From the NCBI RefSeq assembly GCF_009914755.1, contig NC_060925.1: a DNA stretch of 64,000 bases, one strand, 5' to 3'. The notes under the pieces are model-generated. The model was not told the DNA's origin. It saw only the letters and a program-made list of their open reading frames with translations, and did no database searches. Shown piece after piece: positions 27,365 to 41,740 of the stretch (positions are counted from its first letter, which is position 1; the number at the start of each line of letters is the position of its first letter). This DNA comes from the human T2T-CHM13v2.0 reference genome, Homo sapiens. Made by a program: the position numbers and the translations under genes.

Positions 27365-28210
27365 ACTGGTTGGTGGGAATGTAAATTATGGCAGTACTGA
27401 CTTAGGTATTGCCATTCTAGTCCTAGGTGTATTCCCAACAGAAATGTGTACCTATTTTCACCAAAAGACCAGGTATTGGAATGTTCACAGCAGCACTATT
27501 CAAATGGAAACTGCCCAAATGACTAAAATGAGAACACAATGAGTCACTCAATAGAATATTATATAGCAAATGGCAATGAACAACCTTTAAAAACACATAA
27601 TATGGATGAGTCTCGCAAACATAAAATTGAGTGAAAGAAGCCAAATGTAAAAGAGTGAAAAAGGAGACTGGGTGTGGTGACTTACGCCTGTAATCCCAGA
27701 ACTTTACAAGGTCAAGGCAGGCAGATTACATGAGGCCAGGAGTCCGAGACCAGCCTCGCCAACATGGCGAAACTCCATCTCTACTAAAAATACAAAAAAT
27801 TAGCTGGGCATGGTGGTGCACATCTGTAGTTCCAGCTACTCGGGAGGCTGAGGCATGAGAAAACACTTGAACCCAGGAGGAGGCGGAGGTTGCAGTGAGC
27901 TGAGATCATGCCATTGCACTCCAGCCTGGTCAACAGAGCAAGACGCCACCCCCCAACCGCCCCCGCACCGACCCCCGCCAAAAAAAGGAGTACATACCAT
28001 ATAAGTCTATTTACATTAGGTACTAAAAACGGGCAAAACTGATCTATGCTGTTAGAAGTTGGGATATTGGTTTCCTTTGAAGGGAAAGGTGGGAAAGGAA
28101 ATACAAAGCAGCTTCTAAGTGCTGGCTGTGTATTTCACTTATGGTTAAATCATTATGATTTGGGTACTTTTCTGTATAATATTTTACTTCAATAAAAAGC
28201 TTAAAACAAA
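27365..28210 (+). mobile_element. Old L1M 3' fragment, split by an Alu
   Basis: Contains ggtgggaatgtaaatt...ctaggtgtattcccaacagaaatg...atggatgagtctcgcaaacataaaattgagtgaaagaagcca...acttcaataaaaag. Confidence 0.75.
27666..27986 (+). mobile_element. AluS with a C-rich tract before a 7-nt A tail
   Basis: Both arms present; flanking direct repeat aaaaagga(g). Confidence 0.93.
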
Positions 28211-28729
28211 CAATTCATCAAATATTCCCAATTAACTGTTGCACTAAATGCAACTTTCACTGGGGCCCAGGAACCCTTTTCAATACGGCTGTAATCTATT
28301 GTTTCAGAGTACTTTTTCTCTTTTTACTGTGGGGATTCTTTACCCCTAAGGGGTCCAGATATTCCTATGAAATGTTGTGGTAATATACATTTTCTGGGGA
28401 GAGGCATTCATGGTATTCCATAGCATTCATCCAGAACATCTGTCAGCTTTTCAAAGGGGCCCCGCAAACCAAAAAAGTAAAGAGCAATCACTCTCCTTGC
28501 TGCTCCTCAAATGGTCACTGGAATTTAACTCTGTGACTTATTCCTATTTTGTTTTTATTTTTTCCCCCCAGAAAGCCCTCCCCTCTCTGACTTCCCCCTC
28601 TTGAGATTCTACCCATGCTTCTAGGGCCTGTCAGGTCACCTCTACCACCAAGTTTCTGGATTCCCCAACCAAAAATTACCCCTTCGCTCCCTGTCACAGC
28701 TATTTATCAGTGGACTGCTATGATGCTCT

Positions 28730-29200
28730 GGTAGGCCCTGAGGATGTACAAATACTAATCCCCGCTCTCAAGGAGCTTTCTATCCAGTAGAAGGAAAACA
28801 GGTGTAACTTTAAGCACACATAAAATCCACATGTAACTTTAAGCAGAAAGAAGAGAGAGAGATAAGGCCAAGGAGAGTTCAGAGGAGAGTGATTCCTTTT
28901 GGCTGGGGGAAACTCCAGCAGGCTTCACGGAGGAGGTGGAACTGCCCTGCAGGATCTGGAGCTAGAAGGAAAGTGCATTCTAAGTGAGGGACAAAGGCAA
29001 GTGTTGTGAAAGCCGTGAGCATGTGCAGGAAAGGGCAGGCAGTTTGGTTCACCCGAAGCAGAGGCACCATGAAGATCTGGAAGGGTGTAGACTGGAATCA
29101 GAAGGTTAGCTTTCAGGCTCTGGATTTTGAATTTTATGCTGGAGGCAACTGAAAGCTACTGAAAAATTTAAAGCGGGGCATGATATGATCAGATATGTGC
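28730..29200 (-). mobile_element. L2 fragment
   Basis: Contains cccgctctcaaggagctttctatccagtag...ggcttcacggaggaggtg...ttaaagcggggcatgatatgatcagat. Confidence 0.55.
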
Positions 29201-31849
29201 CTTAGTATTTCAGAGGGATTAAGATGATCTCTTCCTCCTTCGAGGGTGTAAAATGCATTGTTCTGCCTCTGTGGTATTTCACTGCCTTTTGCTTCATAAT
29301 ACGGTTATTTTGTATGCTTATTTTTTTATATTCTCCACCCCAACTTGACTTGGCCTAATGGAAGACAAAAATGGTTTCAGTGCGAGCATGCTGTCTTACA
29401 TGCGGTGGCATTCAATAGATATTTACTTAATGAATGTGCAATGTCCACTTAAAATCATTTATGAATGAATAAGGAAAGAAGGTGGGAAGGTGCAAAAGAA
29501 AAAACACACAGGAGTAATATAAATAAGCTGGATGAATTCAGGTATTCCGTTCAGCCTTTAGATTCTATGTCTATGCCTAAGTGTTCACTATTCTGAATGA
29601 CAGACATCTAGAGGAAAAAAATGCAGTCATAAAGGAGAATGTTTAAAGTTACTTAAGATGCTATATGAAGTGTACGTGAGGAATATTGTCCCACATCCTA
29701 TGTTCTCAAAAGAACTGACTATCGGGGGACCCCCAGTATAAAGCGACTATTATTATCAAGAGAGGCCTGTTTAATGCTTAGCACCTAGAACATGAAATCA
29801 GAAAGTCCAGCCTAACCCTTGGCCTTGTTCCCTGACTTCCCATGGGATCTGGAAGGTGGGGAAAAGAGACAGACCATTCAACCTTTCAGGCCCTTGGGTT
29901 TCTTATTTTAAAAGAGAGGACTAAGTACTTTAAATACTGCAAAGAAAGGGGCTCTGCCTCCAAATCAAGAAAGAACAAAACACTCCATTGGGAGGGAAGT
30001 CAGTTCAGGAATCGAGTGGCAGGTCCCATAGCTCACTACAGCTAATAATGTTCACACTGCTTGTTTTCTTTGTATAACACTGCCTTTGCTTTTGAAGCTC
30101 TTTCATGTCTATTATCACACCTCATCACTTTGTCTGGCTAGCATAAGAGGAAACTGAGGCAAAAGGAGATTTAATGACTTGCCCAAGGTCCCCCAGGACT
30201 AGGGAAAGGAGCCGGGTTCCTGACCCTCAGACGAGGCTCTCTCCACTCATCTCAAGGCCTTTGTAGGGGCAGCAAGTTTCCGCAGGGGTGACCAGTGATA
30301 GCTACTGCCCTCCTGGCAGTTGTGCTTGGGGTGGGCCCCTCCATTTGGTCCAGGCCTGAGTGATTAAGCGCTTTATCATGGCCAAGGGCAATACATGGGA
30401 AGCTGAACCTTGGAGGATCTGAGCAGCTGGTGTGGCTTACCCGAGGGAGGGCGTGGGAAAGGAAAAGCAAAACTTAGCACCACTTGCAACTGCACAGGCT
30501 CCCAAGCCACACACTGCACAGCCCAGTTTAGTGTGCATGGTGCAGAGCTGACTGTGACTGGAATCAGCCCATTTTCTGATCTGAGTTTCCTTCCCTCTTA
30601 CTGCAAAGCCCTCCAGTCAGTTAGGCAACAACACCTATCACAAGCCACCAGTATTTAATCTAGCCCTATTTTTGGAGCTGGTTTGGGGTGTTTGCCTTTT
30701 CTTCTTCTTTTTTTAAATGAAAAAAATGTTGAAAATTCAAACTATATGCATGTGTATAGAATACAAAGTTAAAACTCTTGCCTTCAAATTTCACTCTAAA
30801 GGGGTAACTATTGTCAATATAGTCTTTTTCTTTCAAACTTCCATATCCTCTTCTGGCCTTTGCAAATATACAATCATATACACGTGCACGTATATGATGT
30901 GCATGCATCTTTTAAACAAATGGAATCATATTTGCATATGGTTCTGCAATTGCATTTTTCACTCAATAATAAACATATCACAAGTAACCACCCTTGCCCA
31001 TACAGAGGGTTAGTGTATTTTTATAATTTTAATTTTTCATTTTGAAATTCTTAAAATTTATAGGAAAAAAACCAAAAAGGGCAACATGAAACAATACCTA
31101 AAGTCAATTTTGAAAATTTGTAAATTTCTGCAATTTCTTTCCTTCTCCCCAGTGGACTTCCCCCAAACCTTCCTGGGAGTCATTGCAGGACCAACTTCAG
31201 AACACACAGGGGAGGGGAAAGAGAAAAACCCAACCAAATGTTATCTGCCTGTTGCAGGACTTTCCAACAAATAGCCCAGGCAGGCTGTGTACTGAGAGAT
31301 CAGCCCAGAAGATGAGCCTGCAGAATCGTAAGGCCCCTCATACAGCACCCATTCTCCTTGGAGGATAGTCTCAGGTGAAATGGGGCAGTGGCAAGTTCAG
31401 TGAGTGTGCAATGCTTGAAGATAGTTTTGCCTTCTGGAAATCTAGGGCCAACGGTTTGCACAGGCAGCTGCCTTGCTCAAATGCAGGAAACTTGAGTTCC
31501 TTTCTCACCAGAATGTTCTTTTTGCAGATTCTGCCGGGGCCACCCACAGTGTGTGGCTAACCCTGATAGCTGTCCTGTGTCCCAGCGGGAGTGTGTGTTA
31601 TTCCTGACTCAAGGGCAGGGCAGAGACCTACTGCCTAGACCTGAGCCCAGGTCTGGGCTGCTATCTAGTACAAGCAGATGGTGAGAGGCAGAGAGAGCAC
31701 AGGGCAGCTAGAGAGAGTGCTAGAGGAAAGGAGGGTGAGGGCATGCTTCTTCTTTGATAGGTTTTCTGAAGACTGGGGAAACAGCATTTTGGCTGTGATC
31801 TGACCCCACAGTGGTAAATGTTTTGACTCCTTCTGCTACATTTAGAACA

Positions 31850-32070
31850 CTGACTACTTCTGTATGTGCACAACGGTGTTCCAGGTCCTTTAGACGCACT
31901 AATTTACCCCTCACAGTCACCCTATGCAAGAGTGCTATATTTTCCCCACTACACAGATGGGGGAAGTGAAGCACAGGAAGCTAAATAACTTACCTAGGGA
32001 GTAGCAGATATGGGACTTGAACCTACGTACTCTCTGGCTCCAAAGCCCTTGTATCTAGCCATCACATTAT
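31850..32070 (-). mobile_element. MIR
   Basis: Contains acagatgggggaagtgaagcacagg...gggacttgaacc. Confidence 0.6.
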
Positions 32071-32081
32071 GTTGCCTTCTT

Positions 32082-32237
32082 TATGATTTGTAGAGATGGG
32101 GCCTTGCTCTGTCACCCAGGCTGGAGTACAGTTGCAGGATCGTAGCTTACTGCAGCCTTGAACTCCTGAGCTCCAGCAATCCTCCAGCTTCAGCCTCCTG
32201 AGTAGCTAGGACTACAGGCACACTACAGGGTCTGGCT
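32082..32237 (-). mobile_element. Free right Alu monomer (FRAM, or AluJ right arm)
   Basis: Single arm flanked by gttgccttctt/gttgctttctt. Confidence 0.85.
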
Positions 32238-32285
32238 CTAGTTGCTTTCTTAGACTAGTATGGTGTTTCTTAAAATGTATTACAA

Positions 32286-32603
<318 letters not shown>

Positions 32604-32884
32604 TCAGATGTATTACAATTTAATAGGTATATATTGAAATGGGTTCCATGCCATGTATTTTGGAAAGCCCTAGTTCACACAATGATAAGCAGACTTCTTT
32701 CACGCAAGACTTCTCAGGGTCTTTCCTGCACTAAGATACATTTATGATCTGGCAAGAGGCTTGTGGCTTGCAGCATTTCCCCAAATTATTTGCACATAAA
32801 AATATTTTCCGAGGAACATCTCATGAGATCATTGTTCTGCTGATCACACTTTGAGTGAATGCTGGCAAAGGGAGTTATTAGGAA

Positions 32885-33075
32885 CAGGGCTTAAGTTCTG
32901 GTTCTTGCCATTTAACTGTGTGACTTTTGGAGTTGCTTAATTGGAGCCTGCGTCCTCATCTGCAAAAATGGGAGTGGCAACAGTCTCTACATCTCATGGA
33001 ACTATCTGAGGATGAAATGCATATGTAAAGTGCTTAAAATTGTGCCTGCCTCCAAACATTCAATAAATGTGACCT
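32885..33075 (+). mobile_element. MIR
   Basis: Contains cctcatctgcaaaaatggg...tgaggatgaaatgcatatgtaaagtgctta. Confidence 0.65.
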
Positions 33076-35398
33076 CTTATAATGATTATAAAGAATACCA
33101 AATAATTTAAGAAAGGAACTATGAGAATTCAATTAAAAGGGGCAGAGAATCACTGTAAATACTATAATTTCTGAGTGATCTTCACTAACAACAGTGAAGC
33201 TCCTGTGAGAAAAACATAAAAAAATTCTTCCATGAAAGAAAATCCTAAACCATCACAGAGTACAATATTATTCTAAAGAAGGAAAAAACAAGGGAAAATA
33301 TTTTTTTAAAAATAGTTCAGACAGAAAGTATCTTTGGCAAAGAGGATCTTCTGATAACATAACAGATGCAAATGAAAGACAGGGCTGATTTCCTGGGCGC
33401 TAAACCAAGTGGAGGAGTTCTCACAAGGGAAAGAGCCAGGTGCTGACCCCCTCTGCACTGGGGAAAGGAGGAAGATACAAACACACTTTCTTGCGGGGGG
33501 TAGATTCTCATCACTGAACTGAAAATGGCTTGGCATCAACAGGATGTCTTCCTGTTCCCATCTTATGAAGTGACTCATACATCTGCCATTTCACTTGCAG
33601 GAACTGTGGGAGAAGAACTAGGAGTCTGTTCATTAGGAACCCTGGCTCCACAAAGGCACTCCCTCCCAGCCTGACACAACGCCCACCTCTTCTTCCGGTT
33701 GTGCCTGCCAAGCGTGAGAGTGTACAACAACCAAAGCAAAACAAAAATCCCAACCCCCGAACCAAGCAGCAGGCAGGGAGAATGTTGCAGTAGAAGGCTA
33801 CTGCTTCCTGATGCTAACGTGGACGCCAAAGGCACAGCCCACAGTTCCAGAACCCACACCACAGCACCTGAAACAATTTGCTCTCAGTGGGCCAGGGCAG
33901 CTCTAAACACTAGACTGCTTCCTGTTGTGCAGCTATGTAAATGAACCCTGTGCTGGGGCCACGGCCCAGCTGCACTGTGTGGCAGGGATGCGTGAGTAAT
34001 GGAGTCACCAGGGCAGCCTCTCAGTGGAACATACTTGTGCAGCCTGCAGGCTCAGCCTCACGATGCCAACCCCAGGAGCAGTGACCCCCTCACAGGGCAC
34101 ACCTCTGCCAGGAAAACCATCCATGTGGTGGGGACAGACAGTTCCTTGGTAAGAACCGTCTGGATCCAGGAACCTCAGCAGATAGGGACTGAGTTGGGGG
34201 ATGATTAAAACCTAGGGGAGTGGGCTCCAGACTGAACTCGGAGTGGTTTCCTTGGGTCATTTCTAATCTGCTTCAGTTTCCTCACGTAAGATGAGAGGGA
34301 CCCACCTCTTAGGACCTCATTTGTGCAAGCACCAAATGTGTGTGCCTGCTAATGTCCACAGCAACACTGGAAAAGAAGTATCTCATTTTGCAGATGTGTA
34401 AACTGAGGGTTGGAGGAGTGAGTGAGCATGGCCAACATCATATAGGTACTAAAGTTGTGCAGCCTGAATATAAACCAAGAATTGTGGATATTCAGATGTG
34501 TCCACTCCTGAAATTCCACGTAGGCTGCTAAGCTTCCTTAAAATGATGTTTGCAACTAAAACCAAGTCTTAATTTTCTATATAAGTAGTACTCATTAGGT
34601 AAATTATCTACTGCAAATTAAAAATCATACTTTCATCAACCCTTCTTGGGCTACTTAGTCTTTTGCATTGCCAAATGGCCTGTGCTTAGGGGATTATAAA
34701 TGGATTTTGAAACTAGCTAAAGCAAAGTCTAATTATAATTCTCATAATTAATCATTATAAAAATAAATCATTAATATAATTCCATGGCCAAATATAAATG
34801 ATTTCTGTTCTAAGGCAATACCTCATTTATTGGCCTGAAGAAAGTTGGTTCTGAAAGATAAACAGTCACATGGATGGTAAGAAGAGCTCTGGGCCCAGGG
34901 TCAAGAAACCGAGGGTCTATCTAGGTTCAGCTGTTAGTTGGTTAACTGTGTAATTTATGCAAGTTACTCAATCCCCTTCCCTTTCCCTTTCTGCATCAGT
35001 AAAACAAAGAGCTTGGACTAGATCAGTGTTTCCTCCTCTTTTCAATATGAAGACTTTCTTTTTTTTTTTTAAATGTATAAGCACTAGCTTTTCCCTGCTC
35101 CAAAGATAGCTGTCTTTTTGGAGCCTACTGGTTATGAAAATACATAATAACAAGAAATTAACAAAAATGTTCTCTTTATTAATTGCAACAACATCTTCAT
35201 ATACTTTAACAAGAGTGGTGCCATTACATTTAAGACATTGTTACTCAGTTTATTGTCAATATGTGGCCCCTGTAAACAAGGGCTCACCCTTTGCAATAAA
35301 CTGTCCACTCCCCTTACCATTCCTTGCCTGCACACTTTGAACCTTTGCATTAAATGGCCTCTAAGATTCTTTTCAGTGTCAAGCTTTATTATAAAAGC

Positions 35399-35671
35399 TT
35401 TTCTTTTCCTTTTTTTTTCTGTCACCCAGGCTGGAGTTCAGTGGCACGATCATGTCTCACTTCAGCCTCAACCTCCCAGGCTCAGATGATCCTCCCACCT
35501 CAGCCTCCTGGGTAGCTGGGACAGGTGTGCGCCACCATGTCAGGCTATTTTTTGTTTGTTTTTTGGTAGATATGGGGTTTCGTCATGTTGCCCAGGCTGG
35601 TCTTGAACTCCTGGGCCCACCTCAGCCTCTCAAAGTGCTGTGATTACAGGTATGCACCACTGTGCCCAGCC
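35399..35671 (-). mobile_element. AluJ with small deletions
   Basis: J-type cagcctcaacctcccaggctcagatgatcctcccacc. Confidence 0.9.
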
Positions 35672-36048
35672 CTATTAGCAAATTATTTCTAAGAAACTAC
35701 ATACCAGATTTCAATTTTTTTTGTTTTGAACAATAAAGCAAATTATCAGTTAGTGATTTCGTTTTGTACTAAATCACAATCACTGTGCAACAATAGCCAC
35801 AGATTAATTTATTGATTAGATATACATAACTGAATGCTTGTCCTAGGTATATAGAGGTGAATAAATAGACTCAGTCACTGTCCTCACTGAGCTTTGGTCT
35901 ATATCAAGTCTTTAACAACGATCCTGAGCCCTCCCCTCTGTTTATCTCCAGCTTCAACCTCCCCCTGGAGCTCTGGTCTCTAATCTCTACCTGACCTCTC
36001 AACATTCCACTTGGATATCTAAAATGCATCTCAAAGTTTACACGTGTA

Positions 36049-36650
<602 letters not shown>

Positions 36651-37780
36651 CCCCAGCAACAACACACTTAATATGTAGAAATCTCTGGATCCCACCCTGT
36701 ATGCCTGTCAAAATCCTTCCTCCTGTGGCATTCGCCATCTCTAAAATGGTAATACCATTCACCCAAATGCTCAGGCCCCAAAGATTCTTCCTGTTCTGAA
36801 ATCCTCTCCCTCAAGGTGATATCCGCAGAGAGTTGATCACAATGACCGGTATGATCTTCACTCAATTTAAGTTTATTGAACGCCTACTATGTGGTAGGTC
36901 CCATATAGAGACAGAAGACAGAGGGCAGGCTGACATCACACAACTGATGAAAAGTATTGGGACAGCTACGTTGGAAAATCACAGAATAGGGGCTCTATCT
37001 TGTCCTGGGATCAGAGATAGCTTTTTGAAAGTGGTGTTCATGAGCTACATCTTCAAAGGAAGAGCCTGCGTCAAAGCAGTGTACTTGTAAGTTAGAAATG
37101 TACTCATGAGTACTCAAAATATCTGACAGATGAACTTCAGGGTTGAGGGAAGAGTTATGTTCTTACTCCTACAAACCAGAGCAGATCAGAGCTGGGCATA
37201 AACCAGACATAGTGAGTTCAGATATCTGAAGACCAAATGACCTGCTTAATTTAAACCTAACCCAGCCAGGAAAGCCACTGTGAAACTAGAACTCCACAAT
37301 GGGCCGGAAAATATTTACAACTCTGTTTTAAAGCTGCTTTTCCATCCTTTTCAAAAATAATCTGAACACAGGGAATTTATCCTAAGGAAATAATCCAAAG
37401 TATGTGTATAGAGATATTCACTACAGTATTATTTAACGAAAAATTAAAAATGAACAATAAAAATTCACAAAACACAGGCATGGATAAATTACGGCACGCC
37501 AGCTGGATAAATATACCACTGAAGGCATGATTTTTCAAGATTGTATTGCTATATAAAATATGTTTAGGATATTACATTAAGTAAAAAATGTATAGTTTTA
37601 CCCGTGCTACTCACAGAGTATATAAGATTATATACAAAGTGCATAAAGAATGAGCAGAACATACACAAATGAATTAATTCGCTATACAGGGCTATGAATA
37701 CTCTTACCACTGTTGTTTGAACTATAAAAACAATTAAAAATAGAACAAGTCTCCTATATTTCTTCCCTGCTGATCTGGGG

Positions 37781-38004
37781 CAGGGGTCTGTAAATTACAG
37801 CCAGTGGGCCAAATCCAGTTGGCTGATGATTTTTGTAAATAAAGTTGTATGAGAACATAGGCATGCTCACTTGTTTATGTATTACCCATGGCTGCTTTTG
37901 CCCTTCAATGGCAGAGTTAAGCAGTTGTGATAAAGACTGTGTAGCCCACAAAGCCTAAACTATTTACTATTTGGCCCTTTACAGAACAAGTTTGCCAATC
38001 CCTG
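37781..38004. mobile_element. Complete MER58A hAT MITE (224 bp)
   Basis: Terminal inverted repeats caggg.../...ccctg; 8-bp TSD atctgggg (37773-37780) and atctggag (38005-38012). Confidence 0.9.
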
Positions 38005-38057
38005 ATCTGGAGTAAGGAAAGATCATGCTTCATTCTAAAATTTACTACATATATAAT

Positions 38058-38402
38058 TGCTACGGTTTAAATGTTTGTGTCTCCCCAAAATTCATATGTT
38101 GAAATCCTAACCCCATGGTGACAGTATTAGGAGGTGGTGATTAGATCATGAGGGTGGAGCCTCCATGAGTGGGATTAATGCCCTTATAAAGCAGGTTCAA
38201 GGGAGCTAATTGGCCATTCCCACCTTGTGGTACATAGCAAGAAGGCACCGTGTATGAGGAAGCAGGACCTCACCAGACATCGAATCTGCTAGAGCCTTGG
38301 TCTTGGATCTCCACTGCTCCAAAACTGTGAGAAATAAATGTTGTTTATAAGCCATCCAATTTATGGTATTTTTGCTGTTACAACCATGAATATGAATGAA
38401 CA
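38058..38402 (+). mobile_element. MaLR solo LTR (MST/MLT1A-like)
   Basis: Contains tgctacggtttaaatgtttgtgtctccccaaaattcatatgttgaaatcctaaccc...aactgtgagaaataaatgttgtttataagcca. Confidence 0.85.
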
Positions 38403-39169
38403 GGGAATCATCTATGTTTTATATTTTTATCCACTAGTTCTTAAAAAAAAACCCAAACTAAAGAATAAAACTATTCCCCAAAACTATTCTTCCCATTTGT
38501 TTCTATTTCAGTGTATATATAAAGGTCATGCATTAATCAGACAGCTTATTACCTAATTTGAACCTCAGTTCATTTTTATAAAATACAGACTGGGGACACG
38601 TGACAGAGAAATGCTTCTTAAGTTAAAGATTAGTGGCAAGAACTGAAAAGCATTTTTTACAACTTAAGGTTTTGTTTGCTTTTTAAAGCTTCTCTGGCCT
38701 TTGGGAGAAATAAACACGTCAGAGTTCCTGGCCATTCTGATTGCACACCTGGACTTCATGGCCACCGCCTTCTTGTGTAAGGACACTGACATGTGCAGAC
38801 TACATGGACTTAATTCCTCCAAGCTGTTCCTCCTTGTGCTACAAAAATGCACTGACCCTGGAAGAAAGTTCACCATATTCTATCCAAAGTCCCTCACCAG
38901 CTACCAGTGCTATTAACTGCCTGGCATCTGTTTCCTCTGTTTGCCAAGAGGGGAAGGACTGATGGCTATGTTTAGGGTTAACAGCTCATTCTCAGATTCT
39001 GGAGGGGCTGGGATCACCCCAAACAGAAACTGATCATCAAAGGTCTTTAATTCCACCATCTTTGAGTCTATAACAATTAAGCTAGCTGTTTGATACTAGA
39101 ATAAATTATTTAAAAATACTGTATAACTTGAAAAAGCTCTAGAATTGGATCAAGGAAGTAAAGTCTAAG

Positions 39170-39450
39170 TCAAAAGTCCCAAATTGGCATTTGGAGGACT
39201 GAATTTGGCTTGCAGACCTGTTTTATTTGGCCTACAGAGAATTATTATTATTTTTTTCATGGAGCTAACATTCAGAAATTGGGAGTTTTCACATAAAAAT
39301 CCAGATTTCTGGCTTCTTTACATAAAGCACATTCCCATGTGGCTGCTCAGTTGGAGCTGAGTAGCAGATGCACTTGGATATGGCCTGGCCTCACCTGCTG
39401 CATTGCTCTACTTGCCTGGGCCCACAGGTGGCTGAGGCTGTGACCGTGGG
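39170..39450. mobile_element. hAT-Charlie MITE (MER102-like)
   Basis: Contains tgcagacctgttttatttggcc...cacataaaaatccagatttctggcttc...gagctgagtagcag. Confidence 0.6.
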
Positions 39451-41514
39451 GTAAGTCATCTTTTGGAAAGTTGTTTCAATGTTTCAAGCAGGCAGTGGGA
39501 CCAACACCAAGTTTAGGAATCAAAACCTTTAAAGTGCTGAGACTGAATTTTGGTTCTTCTGCTTTGCTACTTAGAGGGGGCATCAATTAGGGTGAACCGG
39601 CAGATTCTCTAGCACCCTTTTAGAAATGATCTAAGTAAATGTTCACAACATTCACAAGAAGACTCATCCACCACAATGTGCATTAATCAATCAATATCAA
39701 GAAATGTTTTATTCTCATGACCCAAGTTCTGTTTATTTCCCCTGACCTACTCTAAAACAATCTAATCTTTAATAATTTAATAAATATATGTTGGTATTTT
39801 CTAGAGGCAAGTTACTACACTATATACTCACAGAGAATTCAGGAATTCTCTGGCCCTAAGGATCTGGTAATTCACCTGGGAAGAAAACTCCCACATAGAC
39901 CAAAGAGAAGCTTATAGCTCTAACTCTGTGGCAGGCACTGTGCTCAAAGCATTCGTTCTCACAATTACTCTATGAGATAAGTACGATTATTATCTCAAAA
40001 GAAGAATAAATTTGGGGGCCTGAAATGACAGGTAGGGTCCAAAGAAGCTGAAGAAAAGTGGCAAAAAACAGTGTGTATAAAGCGATATAAGCTATCTGAA
40101 AAAAGAGAAAGAAATATTTTTATTATAAATAAAGTCACTAAATTTCAGTGGAAGATCACTGGCAAATTATACCACTTGACTGCTTTCTACATCAAATAAT
40201 GCAATTTTCCATTCTTGGAAACATATAATGATTTCTGGTGGTATATGGGCATACATTTATTTTAATAGAAATAGCTCATGTTTATTTGAAAAAGATAATT
40301 ACACATCAAACTAGTGGTTTTATGGATGATATTGACACAAGGATAAGTTAAAAAGTGAGTTGATTTAAAATGGATTTAAAGAAAAACACTAAACATCTGA
40401 TACTAGATGGTATGCAGGTCTGATAAATCCTCTGATGGTGGCATACAAAATACTGGTGTTTAGAATACACTACCTTATTAGAAGAGTAAAGATACAAGCT
40501 ATCTACTTACTAATCAGGAAGAATAAAGGTTTCTTTTTGACTGCTTAGTAAAAAATTCAGTTACACTGGGTTCACTAAGAATAACATTTCTAGAGTGTTA
40601 CCATGAAGCCACCTTCCGGGATCTGCAGCCTAGGAGAATAGGAGTAGGGGCAGCTGGGTGAGAATGAAATGCTATCTAGTGTTTTAGGAATTTGAATCTT
40701 GAAATCTCAGCGTCAAGATTTAGTATGCACTGAAGCTAGTACCTGAAGCAGAAGCAAGGTTCTTCATGCTACTGTCAGCTGGGTAGGCAAAATAACATAA
40801 AAACAACAAATATAACAAAATGCAATACATCTTTGGTAACAATAAAAACTGCATCTAACCTCATAGCATAAATGTCTCCATACAGCAAATGACAGAGAAT
40901 TTTTATCTGCTGCTAATACCGCCAAATGCAACAGAAGAGTGAAACTCAGAAAAGCCTAGATTAGATAAAGACCGTGACAGGCCAGAATGCCTTTGCATAC
41001 AGGGATTTTGCAAAGTAAGACCCAGGGAAACAAGACAGTTTGGGTTTACTCACACCTGCCTCCATTTGAATTTGCTTCCTGACTGCCCCCTACCTCCCCT
41101 GAAAAAGCCCTATTTATGGCATATATTTTTAAAACTTCAGAAACTCAAAGAGCAATTAATTTAGGCTGCTGTAATGCTTAAGACACTTCTATATTTCTAT
41201 TCATCAATAAACTGAATTCTTTGTGTTTATAAGCAGGAGGTAAGTTATGAGGCAGACCAGTCATCCAGCTTTTTACAAGGATATTGGTCTTTAAGAGATT
41301 GAGAATGTTAGTTGCATGTTAAACAATTTTCTGGAAATATATCACAATAGAGAAAATGGTATTTATTTGTCAGTGAAGTGCTGAAAACGGTTAGTAGAAA
41401 TAACATAGTAAGCCACTTGGGTGTGTTCCTTTGAGTGAGTTTTTGTGTGTGTGTGCGTGGGGAAGAGAATCCTCAAAGGGCATTGCTTGAGTGATGATGA
41501 CAGTACGAACAATA

Positions 41515-41740
41515 AATGTAACAGTATTTACTGGATGCTTCCTATGTACCAGGTACTGGTGCTACACAAGAATTACCTCATTTAATCTTCACACTAACCC
41601 TATGAGGGGGTACTTCTATCATTCCCACTTTATGTATGGAGAAACAAAGGCATGAAGAAATCAAGTAAATTACAGCTAGCAAGTCATAGAGCTGGGATGT
41701 GATCCTAGGTAGATCAACTCCAAACTTTTGCTCTTAAATG
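41515..41740 (-). mobile_element. MIR
   Basis: Contains ctatgtaccaggtactgg...ctcatttaatcttcacactaaccctatgagg. Confidence 0.75.

Noticed and set aside
32005-32045. tRNA B-box-like gggacttgaacc
   Set aside because: It is the tRNA-derived head of a MIR; no cloverleaf.
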